This document shows positions 51,200-61,898 of a DNA stretch of 64,000 nt, one piece after another. The notes under the pieces were generated by a model. The model saw only the letters and a program-made list of their open reading frames with translations, was not told the DNA's origin and ran no database searches. Positions within the stretch are counted from its first letter, which is position 1. Every line of letters starts with the position of its first letter. Source of the DNA: an uncultured delta proteobacterium (GTDB lineage: Bacteria; Desulfobacterota; RBG-13-43-22). Both the position numbers and the translations under genes were made by a program. The stretch covers positions 96,001-160,000 of the forward strand of contig CAWDKY010000025.1 of assembly GCA_963802945.1 (NCBI GenBank), given 5' to 3'.

Positions 51200-51877
51200 A
51201 TGGACTTGATAGAACTCCGAGACATACAAAAGATTTACCACCTTGGGGAAGTGGAACTGCCGGTTCTCAAGGGCATATCCCTGAACGTCGCCAGAGGCGA
51301 ACTCGTGGCCTTGATGGGCGCCAGCGGCTCCGGCAAGAGCACTTTGATGAACATCATCGGCTGTTTGGACCGTCCGACTTCCGGAGAGTATTGGATCGAT
51401 GGCCATCAGGTTTCCTGGACAACCGCCAAGGAACGGGCCAGACTGCGGCGCAGGATGATCGGTTTCGTTTTCCAGAACTTCAACCTGCTGGCTCGAACCA
51501 CAGCCTTGGAGAACGTTTTGATGCCGCTGACTTACACCAGAGAGGATTTGACTAAGTCTCAAATAAACCAGCGGGCCATTGAATTGCTGCAAAAAGTCGG
51601 ATTGGAGGATCGCATCCATCATCAATCATCTCAACTATCGGGTGGAGAACAACAGCGCGTGGCCATTGCCCGGGCCTTGATTAACCATCCGCAGGTCCTC
51701 CTGGCCGACGAGCCAACCGGTAACCTCGATTCAAGAACCAGCAAGGATATCCTCCAGATGTTTCAGCAACTCAACAGCTCGGAAGGCCTGACCATCGTTC
51801 TGGTCACCCATGATCCCGAAGTGGCCCAACATACCCAGCGAATCATCTCCATTAAGGACGGCCTCATCAGGACATGA
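51200..51877 (+). CDS. MacB/LolD-type ABC ATP-binding protein
   Basis: [50 protein letters not shown]. Confidence 0.93.
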   Translation: MDLIELRDIQKIYHLGEVELPVLKGISLNVARGELVALMGASGSGKSTLMNIIGCLDRPTSGEYWIDGHQVSWTTAKERARLRRRMIGFVFQNFNLLARTTALENVLMPLTYTREDLTKSQINQRAIELLQKVGLEDRIHHQSSQLSGGEQQRVAIARALINHPQVLLADEPTGNLDSRTSKDILQMFQQLNSSEGLTIVLVTHDPEVAQHTQRIISIKDGLIRT

Positions 51878-53244
51878 AATCATTCCGCACCCTGAAAACG
51901 GCTTTTGGAGCCCTTCGGCGCAATGTTATGCGGGCCGTGCTCACCACGCTGGGCATTATCATCGGCGTAGCCGCGGTGATCACCATGATGGAGATCGGTA
52001 ACGGTGCTTCCATCGCCATCCAACACACCATGGCCAGTATGGGCGCCAATACCCTGGTGATCTTTCCCGCCGCCGCTTCCATTGCCGGCGTCAACCTGGG
52101 GGTCGGCACCATGATGACCCTGACGCCAGAGGATGCCAATACCATCTCTAAAGAATGCCCGGCCGTAAGCTACGTGGCCCCGATCGTACGGGCCCGCACC
52201 CAGCTGGTCTACGGTAATCGCAATTATGTCCCGACTTATATCTACGGCACTGCGCCGTCTTTTCTACAGGTCCGCGAATGGACCGATCTGGACGAGGGTG
52301 AAGCCTTTACCGAACATGAGGTTCGAAATGCCAGCAAGGTGTGCCTGATCGGACAGACTATTGTGAATGAGCTTTTCGGAGGCCAGTCGCCTGTCGGCAA
52401 GGAGGTCCGCATCCGCAACGTCGCCTTCAAGGTTGTCGGCGTCTTGCAGAAGAAAGGGGCCAATGTCATGGGCATGGACCAGGATGATATTCTGTTGGCG
52501 CCGTGGACGACCATCAAATATCGGGTGGTCGCTTCCTCGTTGTCCGCCGCCAATCAAAGCAGCGCGACCACCACCACCAGCACGGTTAATACCCTTGACC
52601 AGATTTACCCCAACATCCAGCAAAATCTTTATCCAGTCCCATCCGATACCGAAGTAGCCGACTATCCGACAACGAATCGATTCACTACTATCGACCAGAT
52701 TTTGCTCTCGGCGCGATCCGGAGCCCAGGTTCCTTCGGCCATCCAACAGATTACCGACCTGTTGCGGGAACGGCACCATCTTCGTGCTACCAATCCTAAT
52801 GATTTCAATATACGCGACATGACCGAGGTCACCAAGGCCTTGAGCTCAACATCAGAGTTGATGACCAAACTGCTGCTGTGTGTGGCCATGATCTCCTTGG
52901 TGGTGGGCGGCGTGGGGATTATGAACATCATGCTCGTTTCCGTGACCGAACGGACCAGGGAGATTGGACTTCGTATGGCCGTTGGCGCCGAGCCAAACGG
53001 TATCTTACGGCAATTTTTGGCCGAAGCCGTCGTGCTCTGTCTGCTCGGGGGCTTCGTGGGTATCCTCTTGGGGCGTGGTAGTTCCTTCCTGGTTAATACG
53101 GTACTCCATTGGCCCACGGCCACTTCGGTCGGAGCTATCGTAGCCGCAGTAGTTGTCTCGGCCAGTGTAGGTATTATTTTCGGTTTCTATCCGGCCTGGA
53201 AGGCCTCGAGACTTGATCCTATCGAGGCCCTACGATATGAGTGA
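51874..53244 (+). CDS. MacB/FtsX-type ABC permease
   Basis: LTTLGIIIGVAAVI, GGVGIMNIMLVSVTERTREIGLRMAVGA, YPAWKASRLDPIEALRYE. Confidence 0.93.
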   Translation: MKSFRTLKTAFGALRRNVMRAVLTTLGIIIGVAAVITMMEIGNGASIAIQHTMASMGANTLVIFPAAASIAGVNLGVGTMMTLTPEDANTISKECPAVSYVAPIVRARTQLVYGNRNYVPTYIYGTAPSFLQVREWTDLDEGEAFTEHEVRNASKVCLIGQTIVNELFGGQSPVGKEVRIRNVAFKVVGVLQKKGANVMGMDQDDILLAPWTTIKYRVVASSLSAANQSSATTTTSTVNTLDQIYPNIQQNLYPVPSDTEVADYPTTNRFTTIDQILLSARSGAQVPSAIQQITDLLRERHHLRATNPNDFNIRDMTEVTKALSSTSELMTKLLLCVAMISLVVGGVGIMNIMLVSVTERTREIGLRMAVGAEPNGILRQFLAEAVVLCLLGGFVGILLGRGSSFLVNTVLHWPTATSVGAIVAAVVVSASVGIIFGFYPAWKASRLDPIEALRYE

Positions 53245-54685
53245 GGAAAAGATGGTGAAAGGGAAAAGATACCGACTCTCGCTCCCGGTCGTGACGGGCT
53301 CTCTTTTATTAGCTCTGTGTTTGTTAAACGGATGCCTGGTCGGCCCGAATTATCATCCGCCGCCGCCGACTGTTCCCAGCGTCTGGCTGGGTGTCACCGA
53401 GGCACCAACCAGTGAACCATCCGTGACCACTGCCCAGCAAGCCGCCCTGACCCGATGGTGGCAACAGTTCGACGACCCGATGTTGGCCGCCCTGGTCGAA
53501 GAAGCGTTGGGAAAAAATCTTGACTTGCAGATCGCTGAGACGCGCTTGCGCCAAGCCCGGGCTGCCCGGGGTGTGGTCGTCGGAGGATTGTGGCCGGCGG
53601 TTACCGCCTCCGGCGGGTATCAGCGAAGGAACGTCCCCGGCGTCACCCAAGGTGACCAAGATCTCTATCAGGCCGGTTTGGACGCCGTCTGGGAACTCGA
53701 CCTCTTCGGCGGCCTGCGCCGCAACATTGAATCGGCCAACGCCACAATCCAGGCCGCGATTGAAAATATCCGTGACGCGCAGGTCAGCCTCATCGCCGAA
53801 GTGGCCCTCAATTACATCCAACTCCGCGGTTACCAGCAGGAAATCGTCATCGCCCAGAACAATCTGAAGGCCCAACAACAGACTGCCGAGATCACTCATA
53901 AACAATTAAAGGTGGGCTTCGCCAGTGCCCTCGACGCGGCCAATGCCGATGCCAATGTTGCCACGACCGAATCTCAAATCCCGGTCTTTGAAACATCGGC
54001 CCGGCAATCCATCTACGCCTTAAGCGTGCTCTTGGCTCGGACACCGGGAGATTTGGTGAAGCAACTATCACCGACGGGCAACCTGCCCAAGGTTCCGGCC
54101 CGAGTTCCCGCCGGCCTGCCTTCGGACCTCCTTCGCCGTCGGCCCGACGTTCGTTCCTCTGAGGCCCAGCTCCATGCCGCCACTGCTCAGATCGGTGTGG
54201 CTGTCTCGGCTTTCTTTCCCCAATTTTCGCTCACCGGTACAATAAACTGGCAGAGCAACCTGTTAAGCACCTGGTGGGTTAATGCCAGCAAATCGTTCTC
54301 CGTCGGTCCAGGGGTGACCTGGCCCATTTTTCAGGGCGGTGCGATTGCCTCGAATGTGCGTTTGCAAGAGGCGCTGCGTGACCAGGCCTACATCACTTAC
54401 CAGAAAACGGTCCTGGCCGCCTTTCAGGATGTGGAGAATGCCTTGATAGCCTTCGCCAAAGAACAACAACACCGCCAGGCACTCAACGACGCCGTCGTCG
54501 CCAACCGCAAGGCCGTGGGCTTGTCCTTACAGCTTTACACCGAGGGTATGGCCGATTTTCTAAACGTGCTCAATGCCCAGCGTAGCCTTTACATCTCCGA
54601 AGACGCCTTGGTCCAGAGCGAGCGCAACATCGCCACCGACCTCATCGCCCTTTATAAAGCCTTGGGCGGCGGCTGGGAAGAATGA
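53237..54685 (+). CDS. NodT/OprM-family outer-membrane efflux lipoprotein
   Basis: LNGCLVGPNY lipobox, WWQQFDDP, WELDLFG, PSDLLRRRPD, LYKALGGGW. Confidence 0.93.
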   Translation: MSEEKMVKGKRYRLSLPVVTGSLLLALCLLNGCLVGPNYHPPPPTVPSVWLGVTEAPTSEPSVTTAQQAALTRWWQQFDDPMLAALVEEALGKNLDLQIAETRLRQARAARGVVVGGLWPAVTASGGYQRRNVPGVTQGDQDLYQAGLDAVWELDLFGGLRRNIESANATIQAAIENIRDAQVSLIAEVALNYIQLRGYQQEIVIAQNNLKAQQQTAEITHKQLKVGFASALDAANADANVATTESQIPVFETSARQSIYALSVLLARTPGDLVKQLSPTGNLPKVPARVPAGLPSDLLRRRPDVRSSEAQLHAATAQIGVAVSAFFPQFSLTGTINWQSNLLSTWWVNASKSFSVGPGVTWPIFQGGAIASNVRLQEALRDQAYITYQKTVLAAFQDVENALIAFAKEQQHRQALNDAVVANRKAVGLSLQLYTEGMADFLNVLNAQRSLYISEDALVQSERNIATDLIALYKALGGGWEE

Positions 54686-54804
54686 TTTAATATAAGAATC
54701 TAAAAAATGAAAATGGTCTTTGGGTGAATTTGGACCGTGCGCCTCTTTTTTTTGACTTGCTATATGAATATATGAGAGAATTTCTGAGAAGGGAAGTGAA
54801 ATTG

Positions 54805-54894
54805 ATGAAGGAAATAATCGGAGAGATGGCCGGAAGAATTTGGAAGACTCTGGTTGATAAGTTTCAAAATCATAGATACCGTGATTCACCCTAA
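54805..54894 (+). pseudogene. Possible DUF2582 winged-helix N-terminal fragment
   Basis: MKEIIGEMAGRIWKTL resembles the IGxxAGxIW start of that family; stops after 29 aa. Confidence 0.3.
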
Positions 54895-55290
54895 GACGCC
54901 AATGACTATTGACTCGATTATGACTTGTGGGTAGCTGAAGGTAGATTCAAAGTATTCAGTCACCTAACAGGTCGAGATAGCTAAAAGAAATCCTAAGCCT
55001 TCAAAAACAAGAATACCTTTTTGTCCATAAATCTTAGATAGCCCAGCCTGAGAGCCTTTTATTATACTCATGCCGATAACTTTATTATGGTTATTATCCA
55101 TAAATTATCAGATCACTAAGGGTCCACAAAGTTAAATTATTTTTGCAGAATCGTTGGGTTTTAATTTGATTTTGCCCCAGAAAGTCAAACCACTAAAAAC
55201 CAAATGGATCACCGGAACAAACAAAGCCTTCAGATACCTATTAGCCTTTAAGGTTTCCGGCTTTGCCCTAAATCGCATTGAAATTTCAAC

Positions 55291-56089
55291 ACGAACTTAG
55301 TAATTTTATTAACTCGGAAGAAAATTGTTTTTATTTTTAACTTAACAATATTTTACTTTGTCTAAAAAAACAAACCACATGAATTAGGTCGGCCTTTTTA
55401 AGAAAGACCCTGGGGTCTCCAAAGAAAAATCGAAAGGGGGTAGGCTGTAACCAGAGGAAGATTATACGGATTTTGGATTTCGAGACATGGGAAGCCGTTA
55501 ACGTTAACCTTTTTTAAAAAAATTACGAAAGGAAGAAAAAATGATCAGACCAACTAAAATTTTAGTGTTTTTGTTCGCTTTACTTTTAATGAGCGGCAGT
55601 GTTTATGCCGTGAGGGGGCCAGTTGGTCCGGTAACGAGTGGCAGCGGTTGTGCCATGGGCTCAGGAGATGGTGGCGCCAAAGAAGGATTTAAGGCCCATC
55701 ACCTTAACCTATTGAATCTCACCCCGGAACAAAAAAACAAGCTCCAGGCCTTGCGGAAGAATTTCCGGAAGGAAACGGTTTTTCTACGCAATGACCTTAA
55801 GGTTAAACGGCTGGAGCTTAAAACCTTGTGGACTGTCCCTAACCCGGACAAAGACAAGATCATAGCCAAACAAAATGAACTTAACGATTTGAAAACCAAA
55901 TTACAAATGAAGGTCATCGATTTTCGGCTAGAAGCCAGGAGTTATCTCACCCCGGAGCAGGCCGCCCAGGTTGGGATGTGGGGTCCGAAGATTGGGCACC
56001 GGCGGCATATGGCCGGGAGGATGCGGGCAGGCCATCAGAAAGACCATGGCCATTTTCTAAATTAACCCCCAATTTGTTCTTAACCCTTA
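55291..56089 (+). repeat. Direct repeat copy 2 (upstream region plus Spy/CpxP gene)
   Basis: Homologous to 47208-47960, with substitutions and an in-frame insertion. Confidence 0.85.
55541..56065 (+). CDS. Spy/CpxP/ZraP-family periplasmic protein, paralog 2
   Basis: Near-identical to 47454-47942, with an extra VRGPVGPVTSGSGCA segment. Confidence 0.8.
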   Translation: MIRPTKILVFLFALLLMSGSVYAVRGPVGPVTSGSGCAMGSGDGGAKEGFKAHHLNLLNLTPEQKNKLQALRKNFRKETVFLRNDLKVKRLELKTLWTVPNPDKDKIIAKQNELNDLKTKLQMKVIDFRLEARSYLTPEQAAQVGMWGPKIGHRRHMAGRMRAGHQKDHGHFLN

Positions 56090-56276
56090 TATAAAAATAT
56101 GGGGTAGAAGGCATCATCCTGTGTTTCGGGGAGAGGATTAGGGTTCCTAAGCGACAGAGCATCTTTTAATTGAAAGGGAGCTCTTATAAAAGAGTTCCCA
56201 TAAAACAACTTGATTAAAAGGACCTTGGCCATTTTTTAAGAGAGAAGTCATTTCCGCCTCTCCCCAGGAGGAGAAA

Positions 56277-56555
56277 ATGGTCACTATTTTACATACCGAA
56301 TGGTCCAGAGGATGGGACGGCCAGGAGATAAGGATCATCCAGGATTCTCTCGAATTCGTGAAAAAAGGGTATCGGGTGATGATTCTTTGTCAGCCCGGAA
56401 ACAGGATTTATAGGACCGCTGAAGAGAAGGGCATTCCGGTAATCCCTTTAACCATGCGATCAGGGTTGGACCCTTGGGCCAACGGGATGTGCCTTCGGAT
56501 CCTGAAAAGGAATTCGGTTGACTTAGTTCAAACCCAAAGTTCAGTCGACCGTTGA
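56277..56555 (+). pseudogene. Glycosyltransferase family 4 N-terminal fragment
   Basis: ILHTEWSRGWDGQEIRI...VDLVQTQSSVD matches a GT4 N-terminus; no C-terminal domain follows; RBS aggagg. Confidence 0.6.
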
Positions 56556-56793
56556 TGTTGTTCCATAAACGTAAATGGGTTAGAGCCCGTCCTTCATGGT
56601 CCTTTTGCTTCAAATAAATTCCTTGCAAACACGGCCAAAGCCATCCATAATGTTTTTAAAGATGAAGATAATTTTATCGGCATGGTCTTTAGATAAAAAG
56701 GGAAAACCGAGGTTTGAGGGTGGTAAACTTAATTATAGAATAACTTTTGGGCAACTGGTGTTTACGACGAAATTTTAATGTTAAGGAGGATGT

Positions 56794-57417
56794 ATGAAAG
56801 GATTTTCAAGGTGGATTGGGATTATCATTGTTTTGTGTTGTACATTGGGCCTTTCTTTTCCAGCACAAGCTGAGGATCAAAGACCGATGTATTTAGTCTT
56901 AAAAGGCGGCATGTATTCACCGCAAACATCCAATCTTAATGACTTTAATGCAGGCGTCAACGGGGAGATCGCTTTCGGGTATTCTTTTGACAAGAACTGG
57001 GCGATAGAGGCCGGTCCAGGGTATTTTGAAACCAGTGCGAGCAAAGGGGCTAAGTTCGGTGCTGACTCAACCCAAACGTCTGTACATCTTAGAGTGGTTC
57101 CGCTTACCGTTGCCATTAAGGGATCAATTCCTGTGAATAAATTTGAGTTCTATGGAATCGGCGGTATAGGGGCCTACGTTTTGGAGGTTGACTTTGATTC
57201 GTCGGAAGATTCTGATCATGGGCGGCACGATTCCAACGGAGAGTCAGAGACTCTATTTGGTGGCTTTCTTGGCCTAGGTGCCAGATTTAATGTAACATCT
57301 AAAATGTTTTTGGGCTTAGAAGGCAAATATCTCTGGACTACGAAGTCCACTTTCAATGATGCAGAGACCGACCTTACCGGTATCCAGGCGACTTTTAATA
57401 TAGGATTCAGATTCTAA
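56794..57417 (+). CDS. Small outer-membrane beta-barrel (OmpA/OmpW-like)
   Basis: Signal peptide, alternating beta-strands, YGIGGIG, C-terminal IGFRF; RBS aaggagg. Confidence 0.85.
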   Translation: MKGFSRWIGIIIVLCCTLGLSFPAQAEDQRPMYLVLKGGMYSPQTSNLNDFNAGVNGEIAFGYSFDKNWAIEAGPGYFETSASKGAKFGADSTQTSVHLRVVPLTVAIKGSIPVNKFEFYGIGGIGAYVLEVDFDSSEDSDHGRHDSNGESETLFGGFLGLGARFNVTSKMFLGLEGKYLWTTKSTFNDAETDLTGIQATFNIGFRF

Positions 57418-57438
57418 ACAACCTTGGTCAGACATTTT

Positions 57439-57464
57439 GCAGAGAGGACATGAGTCCTCTCTGC
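57439..57464 (+). terminator. Intrinsic terminator
   Basis: gcagagaggac-atga-gtcctctctgc 11-bp stem, followed by a pyrimidine/T-rich tract. Confidence 0.65.
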
Positions 57465-57980
57465 CTATCCTCTACTTCTTTTTTCTGCACAATGAAATAT
57501 GAAGGGTGTTTGTTGTGAGCCCCCCATTAATAGGCTTTTTTCAAGAAGAAAAACTTCTTCATCTGCGATAATTAGCTTATTTTATAACGCTGTTCTAGGT
57601 GTCCACAAATACTATACCAGTTTCTACACCATTCATAGGTCCGACGTAGTTGTTCGTACTAGTCGAGCCCGCTTTACTGCTCGCATCCCTATTCCAGAGC
57701 GCTTGTGCTGGGTTGTAAGACTTCGGGGATCCAAAGGTCACGGATAGACTGAAGGTACTTCAGCAGAAGAGTTTTCATTTAGATACAACAATCATCTCCT
57801 CTTCATAACTCCTTTCACAATGAGGATTCTTGGACTCTCCCAGGTATAATTTTGCGGCCAAAAAATAAAAACGGTGGTGTGGTCTAGGAGTGCCGGAATT
57901 GGACGAAAAGTTATAATCCTTCATTTGCATTGAAATATCCATTGATAAATGATAATCTATCCACAATTCATTTTTCCCTT

Positions 57981-59320
57981 ATGAAATCTTTACGCTCCCT
58001 TTCCTTACAAGTATTCAAAGCAGCCTTGTTCAAGGCCGATGCTTATCAAGCAGTTAAAGAGCGGCTTTTTCTTCTATATCCTTTTCTGTTAGTGAAAGAA
58101 AATTCATCCATTCTTCAGAAATTCGATTTACGTTTGTTTAAAAGAGTTATTGTTTTGGGTGCAGGAAAGGCCGCCGTCCCGATGGCCGCCGCCTGCGAAG
58201 CCATTTTGAAGGACAGACTACAGGATGGGTTGATCATCACCAAATACGGATATGCAGGCAAGTTAACGAAGATCCGGGTCATAGAAGCCGGACATCCCCT
58301 GCCGGATCAGGCAGGTTATAAGGGCACCCGGCAGATCGTTTCTTTGCTTGAGGCCGCACGATCAGATGACCTGATTCTGTTTTTGACCTCGGGAGGCTGT
58401 TCCGCCTTGTTTACTGCACCGGCGGCATCCATTCCTCTGAGGGAAAAACAAAGAACCACCCAGCTGTTGCTTAAAGCCGGGGCAACGATCCAGGAAATGA
58501 ATACCGTGCGTAAGCACCTTTCTTTGGTCAAAGGAGGACGTTCAGCCGCGCTTGGCCTTTCCGGCAACAGTAATCAATCTGGTCCTATCCGACGTCATAG
58601 GCAACCATCTGGACATCATCGGTTCCGGACCGTTTGTCCCTGATCCCTCATCTTTTCAGGATGTCTGGAATATTCTGGAAAAATATAATCTGGTCAAAAA
58701 GATGCCGTCTTTTGTCGTTGCTTATTTGTCCAAAGGCACCCGGGGTCGGATCGAGGAAACCCCAAAAGTCGGTTCACCCTGTTTTACTAAGGTATTTTGT
58801 TCTATAGTTGCCTCAAAATTGTATGGCCCTTAAAGCCGCAGCCAACGCAGCCCGGGGTCTTGGATTCAAGACCTTTATTTTGAGTGCCCAGATTCAGGGG
58901 GAAGCCCGGGAACTGGCTAAATTTTATGGGGCTATGGCCAGAGAAATTTTTCAATCCAACAACCCCTCAAAAAAACCGGTTTGCCTGCTGGCTGGGGGTG
59001 AACCGACCGTGACCGTTACAGGAAGAGGGAGGGGGGGGCGCAACACCGAACTGGCCCTGGCCATGGCCTTGGAAATCAAAGGGCTACCTAGAACCCTCTT
59101 TTTAAGTGCCGGGACAGACGGGACCGACGGTCCTACCGATGCCGCTGGAGCGATCGTTTCCGGCTCCACTTACCTTAGGGCTTTAAAAAAGGGGATTTCG
59201 CCTGAAGCCCATTTAGCTCAAAACGATTCATATACCTTCTTTAAGAAGGCCGGAGGTTTGCTCATGACCGGTCCCACCAGGACCAATGTCATGGATCTAC
59301 ATATCCTGCTGGTTCAATAA
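57981..59320 (+). CDS. Glycerate 2-kinase, MOFRL/TtuD family (frameshifts near 58545 and 58815)
   Basis: GAGKAA, EAGHPLPD, SGGCSAL, RKHLSLVKGG, SDVIG..SGP, GGEPTV..GRGGRN, GTDGTDG, TGPTRTNVMDL across three frames. Confidence 0.85.
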
Positions 59321-59344
59321 ATTTAAACACGGCCTAAAGGAAGT

Positions 59345-60409
59345 TTGATGCAGAAAAAAGGAGAGGCCTCATGCAACAACAAATTACCGAACGGATGTGA
59401 ACTACTCGATGATAACGGACTATTGACTAATCCCGGATATGCCACTAAGGCCTTCTGGCGATATGACCGAAAAAAAATAAAGGCTGGTTGGTATCGGATT
59501 AAGGAATGGGATTATTATGCGGTTCTGTCGATGGAAGACGGATTTGGCATAACCTTTACTATGGCCGATTTGGGTTATATCGGGACAGCGGCCGTCTGTT
59601 GGCTTGATTTTAAGGAAAAAACCTACAATCAGCTCGGGACGATGTCGAGTTTACCCAAAGGGAAAATGGGATTTCCTTCGACTCCCGATAAAGGAGAAGT
59701 GGCCTTCGCAGATAAAAAGATCAAGCTCAAATATATCGTATCCGGTTCAGAGAGGATTATTCAGGTCGATGCGCCCGGCTATATTAATCAAAAAGGGGAC
59801 AAGGGATTGAAGGGAGAGTTGGTATTATATCAGGCTCCTGATATGGACAGCATGGTTATCGCCACCTCCTGGAAGGAAAATCGAAGGGCATTTTATTACA
59901 ATCAAAAAACCAATTGTATGCCGGCCAAGGGAAGCATTACCTTGGGTGACCGGATTTACGAGTTTAATCCGAAATCATGTTTCGGGGTGCTGGATTGGGG
60001 ACGAGGATATTGGACCTATAAAAACAGGTGGTATTGGGGATCGGCCTCGGGTTTGCTTAATGGTCACCCCTTCGGTTGGAATATCGGCTACGGTTTCAGC
60101 GATCGTTCACCGGCCACAGAAAATATGCTTTTTTATAAAAATAAAGCCCACAAACTGGAAGAGGTGACTTTTCATATCCATACCGACGATTACCTGGCAC
60201 CTTGGAAATTTACCAGCAGTGACGGTCGATTTGAGATGGATTTCAGCCCCATCCTCGACCGACAAACTAAAACGGAACTTGTGTTTTTAAAATCAATTCA
60301 ACACCAGGTCTTCGGGACCTTTAGCGGAAAAGTGGTGCTGGGCGACGGGACCGGGCTTCAGATCGATAACTTCCTCGGGTTTGCTGAGGATGTGCTTAAC
60401 TGGTGGTAA
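59345..60409 (+). CDS. DUF2804 family protein (true start probably ATG 59371 with an early frameshift)
   Basis: RIKEWDYY, FYYNQKTNCMPA, LDWGRGYW, WYWGS, GWNIGYGF, PWKFTS, QHQVFG. Confidence 0.8.
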   Translation: MMQKKGEASCNNKLPNGCELLDDNGLLTNPGYATKAFWRYDRKKIKAGWYRIKEWDYYAVLSMEDGFGITFTMADLGYIGTAAVCWLDFKEKTYNQLGTMSSLPKGKMGFPSTPDKGEVAFADKKIKLKYIVSGSERIIQVDAPGYINQKGDKGLKGELVLYQAPDMDSMVIATSWKENRRAFYYNQKTNCMPAKGSITLGDRIYEFNPKSCFGVLDWGRGYWTYKNRWYWGSASGLLNGHPFGWNIGYGFSDRSPATENMLFYKNKAHKLEEVTFHIHTDDYLAPWKFTSSDGRFEMDFSPILDRQTKTELVFLKSIQHQVFGTFSGKVVLGDGTGLQIDNFLGFAEDVLNWW

Positions 60410-60508
60410 TACCTTTTCTTGACTGATTTTATTATTTTTGGTTTACATTTTATCTGGCCTCGTCTATTTATAATTTTAAAGTTTTTAGAAGGGTGTTAGA
60501 AAGACCAA

Positions 60509-61299
60509 ATGATCGGCATTTTTGATTCGGGTATCGGTGGGTTGACGGTTGTAGGCGAGGTTTTGGAAAAACTTCCTCAGTATCGGATCGTCTATTTCGG
60601 CGATACGGCCCGTACCCCTTATGGGACCAAAAGCCAAAAAACTATTATTGAATATGCCATAGAGGATACGGAATTTCTTTTATCTAAAGGGGCCAAAGTC
60701 ATTATCGTAGCCTGCAACTCCGCTTCATCGGTTGCCTTTGAAACCCTGAAGGAACGATTTAAAATCCCTCATATTTGAGGTGATTCGGCCGGCGGTTGAA
60801 AAGACCCTTCGATCAACTCAGAAACAAAGGATCGGTGTTATCGGGACTCGGGCTACGATTGGAAGCGGAATTTATGAGCGGTTGCTGAAAGAGGCCCGGC
60901 CTGAGATCCAGGTATTCTCTCGGGCCTGTCCTTTATTGGTGCCGCTGGTGGAAGAAGGATGGTTGAAAAGACCGGAGACCAAACGGATCGTCAGGAAATA
61001 CTTGTCACCGCTTGAAAATGAAACAAGTAGATACGCTGGTCTTGGGATGTACCCATTATCCTTTGCTCAAAGCCGTTATTCAGGCCAAAATGGGCAAAAG
61101 GGTTCAGGTGATTGACTCTTCACAGGAAGTGGCTTTGTGGGTGAAAGATTACCTGGAAAGGAATCCGGAAATTACCGGAAGTTTAACTCCCACTACCGGC
61201 CAGGATGGGCATCGTTTTTTTGTCTCTGACCTGACACCGAATTTTGAACATATCGCCAATCAGTTTTTAGGAAGGCCTATTAAATTAGAACTGGCCTGA
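60509..61299 (+). CDS. murI: Glutamate racemase (frameshifts near 60775 and 61012)
   Basis: IGIFDSGIGGLTV, GDTARTPYG, VACNSAS, IGVIGT, ACPLLVPLVEEG, LVLGCTHYPLL. Confidence 0.9.
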
Positions 61300-61351
61300 A
61301 TTCTCTACAGTCGGTGGCGATTAGAACTCCTCGAACCCCTGAACTCTAATT

Positions 61352-61759
61352 TTAAAAGCGGATCTCCATGGCCTTGTAAGAGCAAACCGGCAGACAGGCC
61401 TCACAGATGATGCACCGCTCCCCGTGAAAAGAGACTTTCATTTCTTCCCGGTCCACTGATAAGGCATCAGTAGGACAGTGTGGTATACAGGCCGTGCAGT
61501 GGGAACAACGCTCCTTAATGTGATGAACTTCCTGGGCCAGAGGTTCCACCTGGATGCCTATCTTTTTAAGATAATCCAATCCTGCCGCCACAGATTCCCG
61601 GCTGCCGTTTAACTCGATCACCAGTCTTCCTTCTGCCTTTGGCCGAACCGTGGCTCTCAGGATATTGATCCGGCAATCGTAGTTTTTGATCAGGTTATAG
61701 GTGATCGGTTCTTCTATCAGAGTTGGGGGAAAGGTCAGGATGAATTTCTTCTTGGTCAT
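61352..61759 (-). CDS. NIL-domain/2x[4Fe-4S] ferredoxin (MA1822-like)
   Basis: EPITYNLIKNYDCRINILRA NIL domain; CSHCTACIPHCP and CIICEACLPVC. Confidence 0.88.
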   Translation of the reverse strand: MTKKKFILTFPPTLIEEPITYNLIKNYDCRINILRATVRPKAEGRLVIELNGSRESVAAGLDYLKKIGIQVEPLAQEVHHIKERCSHCTACIPHCPTDALSVDREEMKVSFHGERCIICEACLPVCSYKAMEIRF

Positions 61760-61779
61760 GACAATCTCCTTCAATATTT

Positions 61780-61893
61780 AGGTGCAAGGTTCAAGGTACA
61801 TGGTAAAAGGTCCAAAACAAAATTTAAAAATAACGATAATTCAAATCGAATTTTAAGTTTTGACCTTAAACCTTAGACCTCAAACCTTGAACC
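61780..61893. repeat. Heptamer repeat hairpin (AAGGTTC/GAACCTT family)
   Basis: aggtgcaaggttcaaggtacatggt...accttaaaccttagacctcaaaccttgaacc. Confidence 0.6.
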
Positions 61894-61898
61894 GGTTT

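Noticed and set aside
55160-55275. GGGCAAAGCC...GGCAAA motifs on the minus strand resembling a c-di-GMP-I riboswitch
   Set aside because: Lacks the GAAA-tetraloop stem and the correct motif order.
57500-57950. Short ORFs and a possible decayed gene on the minus strand (RBS gaaaggag at ~57815)
   Set aside because: Immediate stop codons and no recognisable family.
60509-61299. Programmed frameshifting or true pseudogenisation of murI
   Set aside because: No slippery site with a stimulator; similar indels are scattered across unrelated genes, which points to sequencing error.
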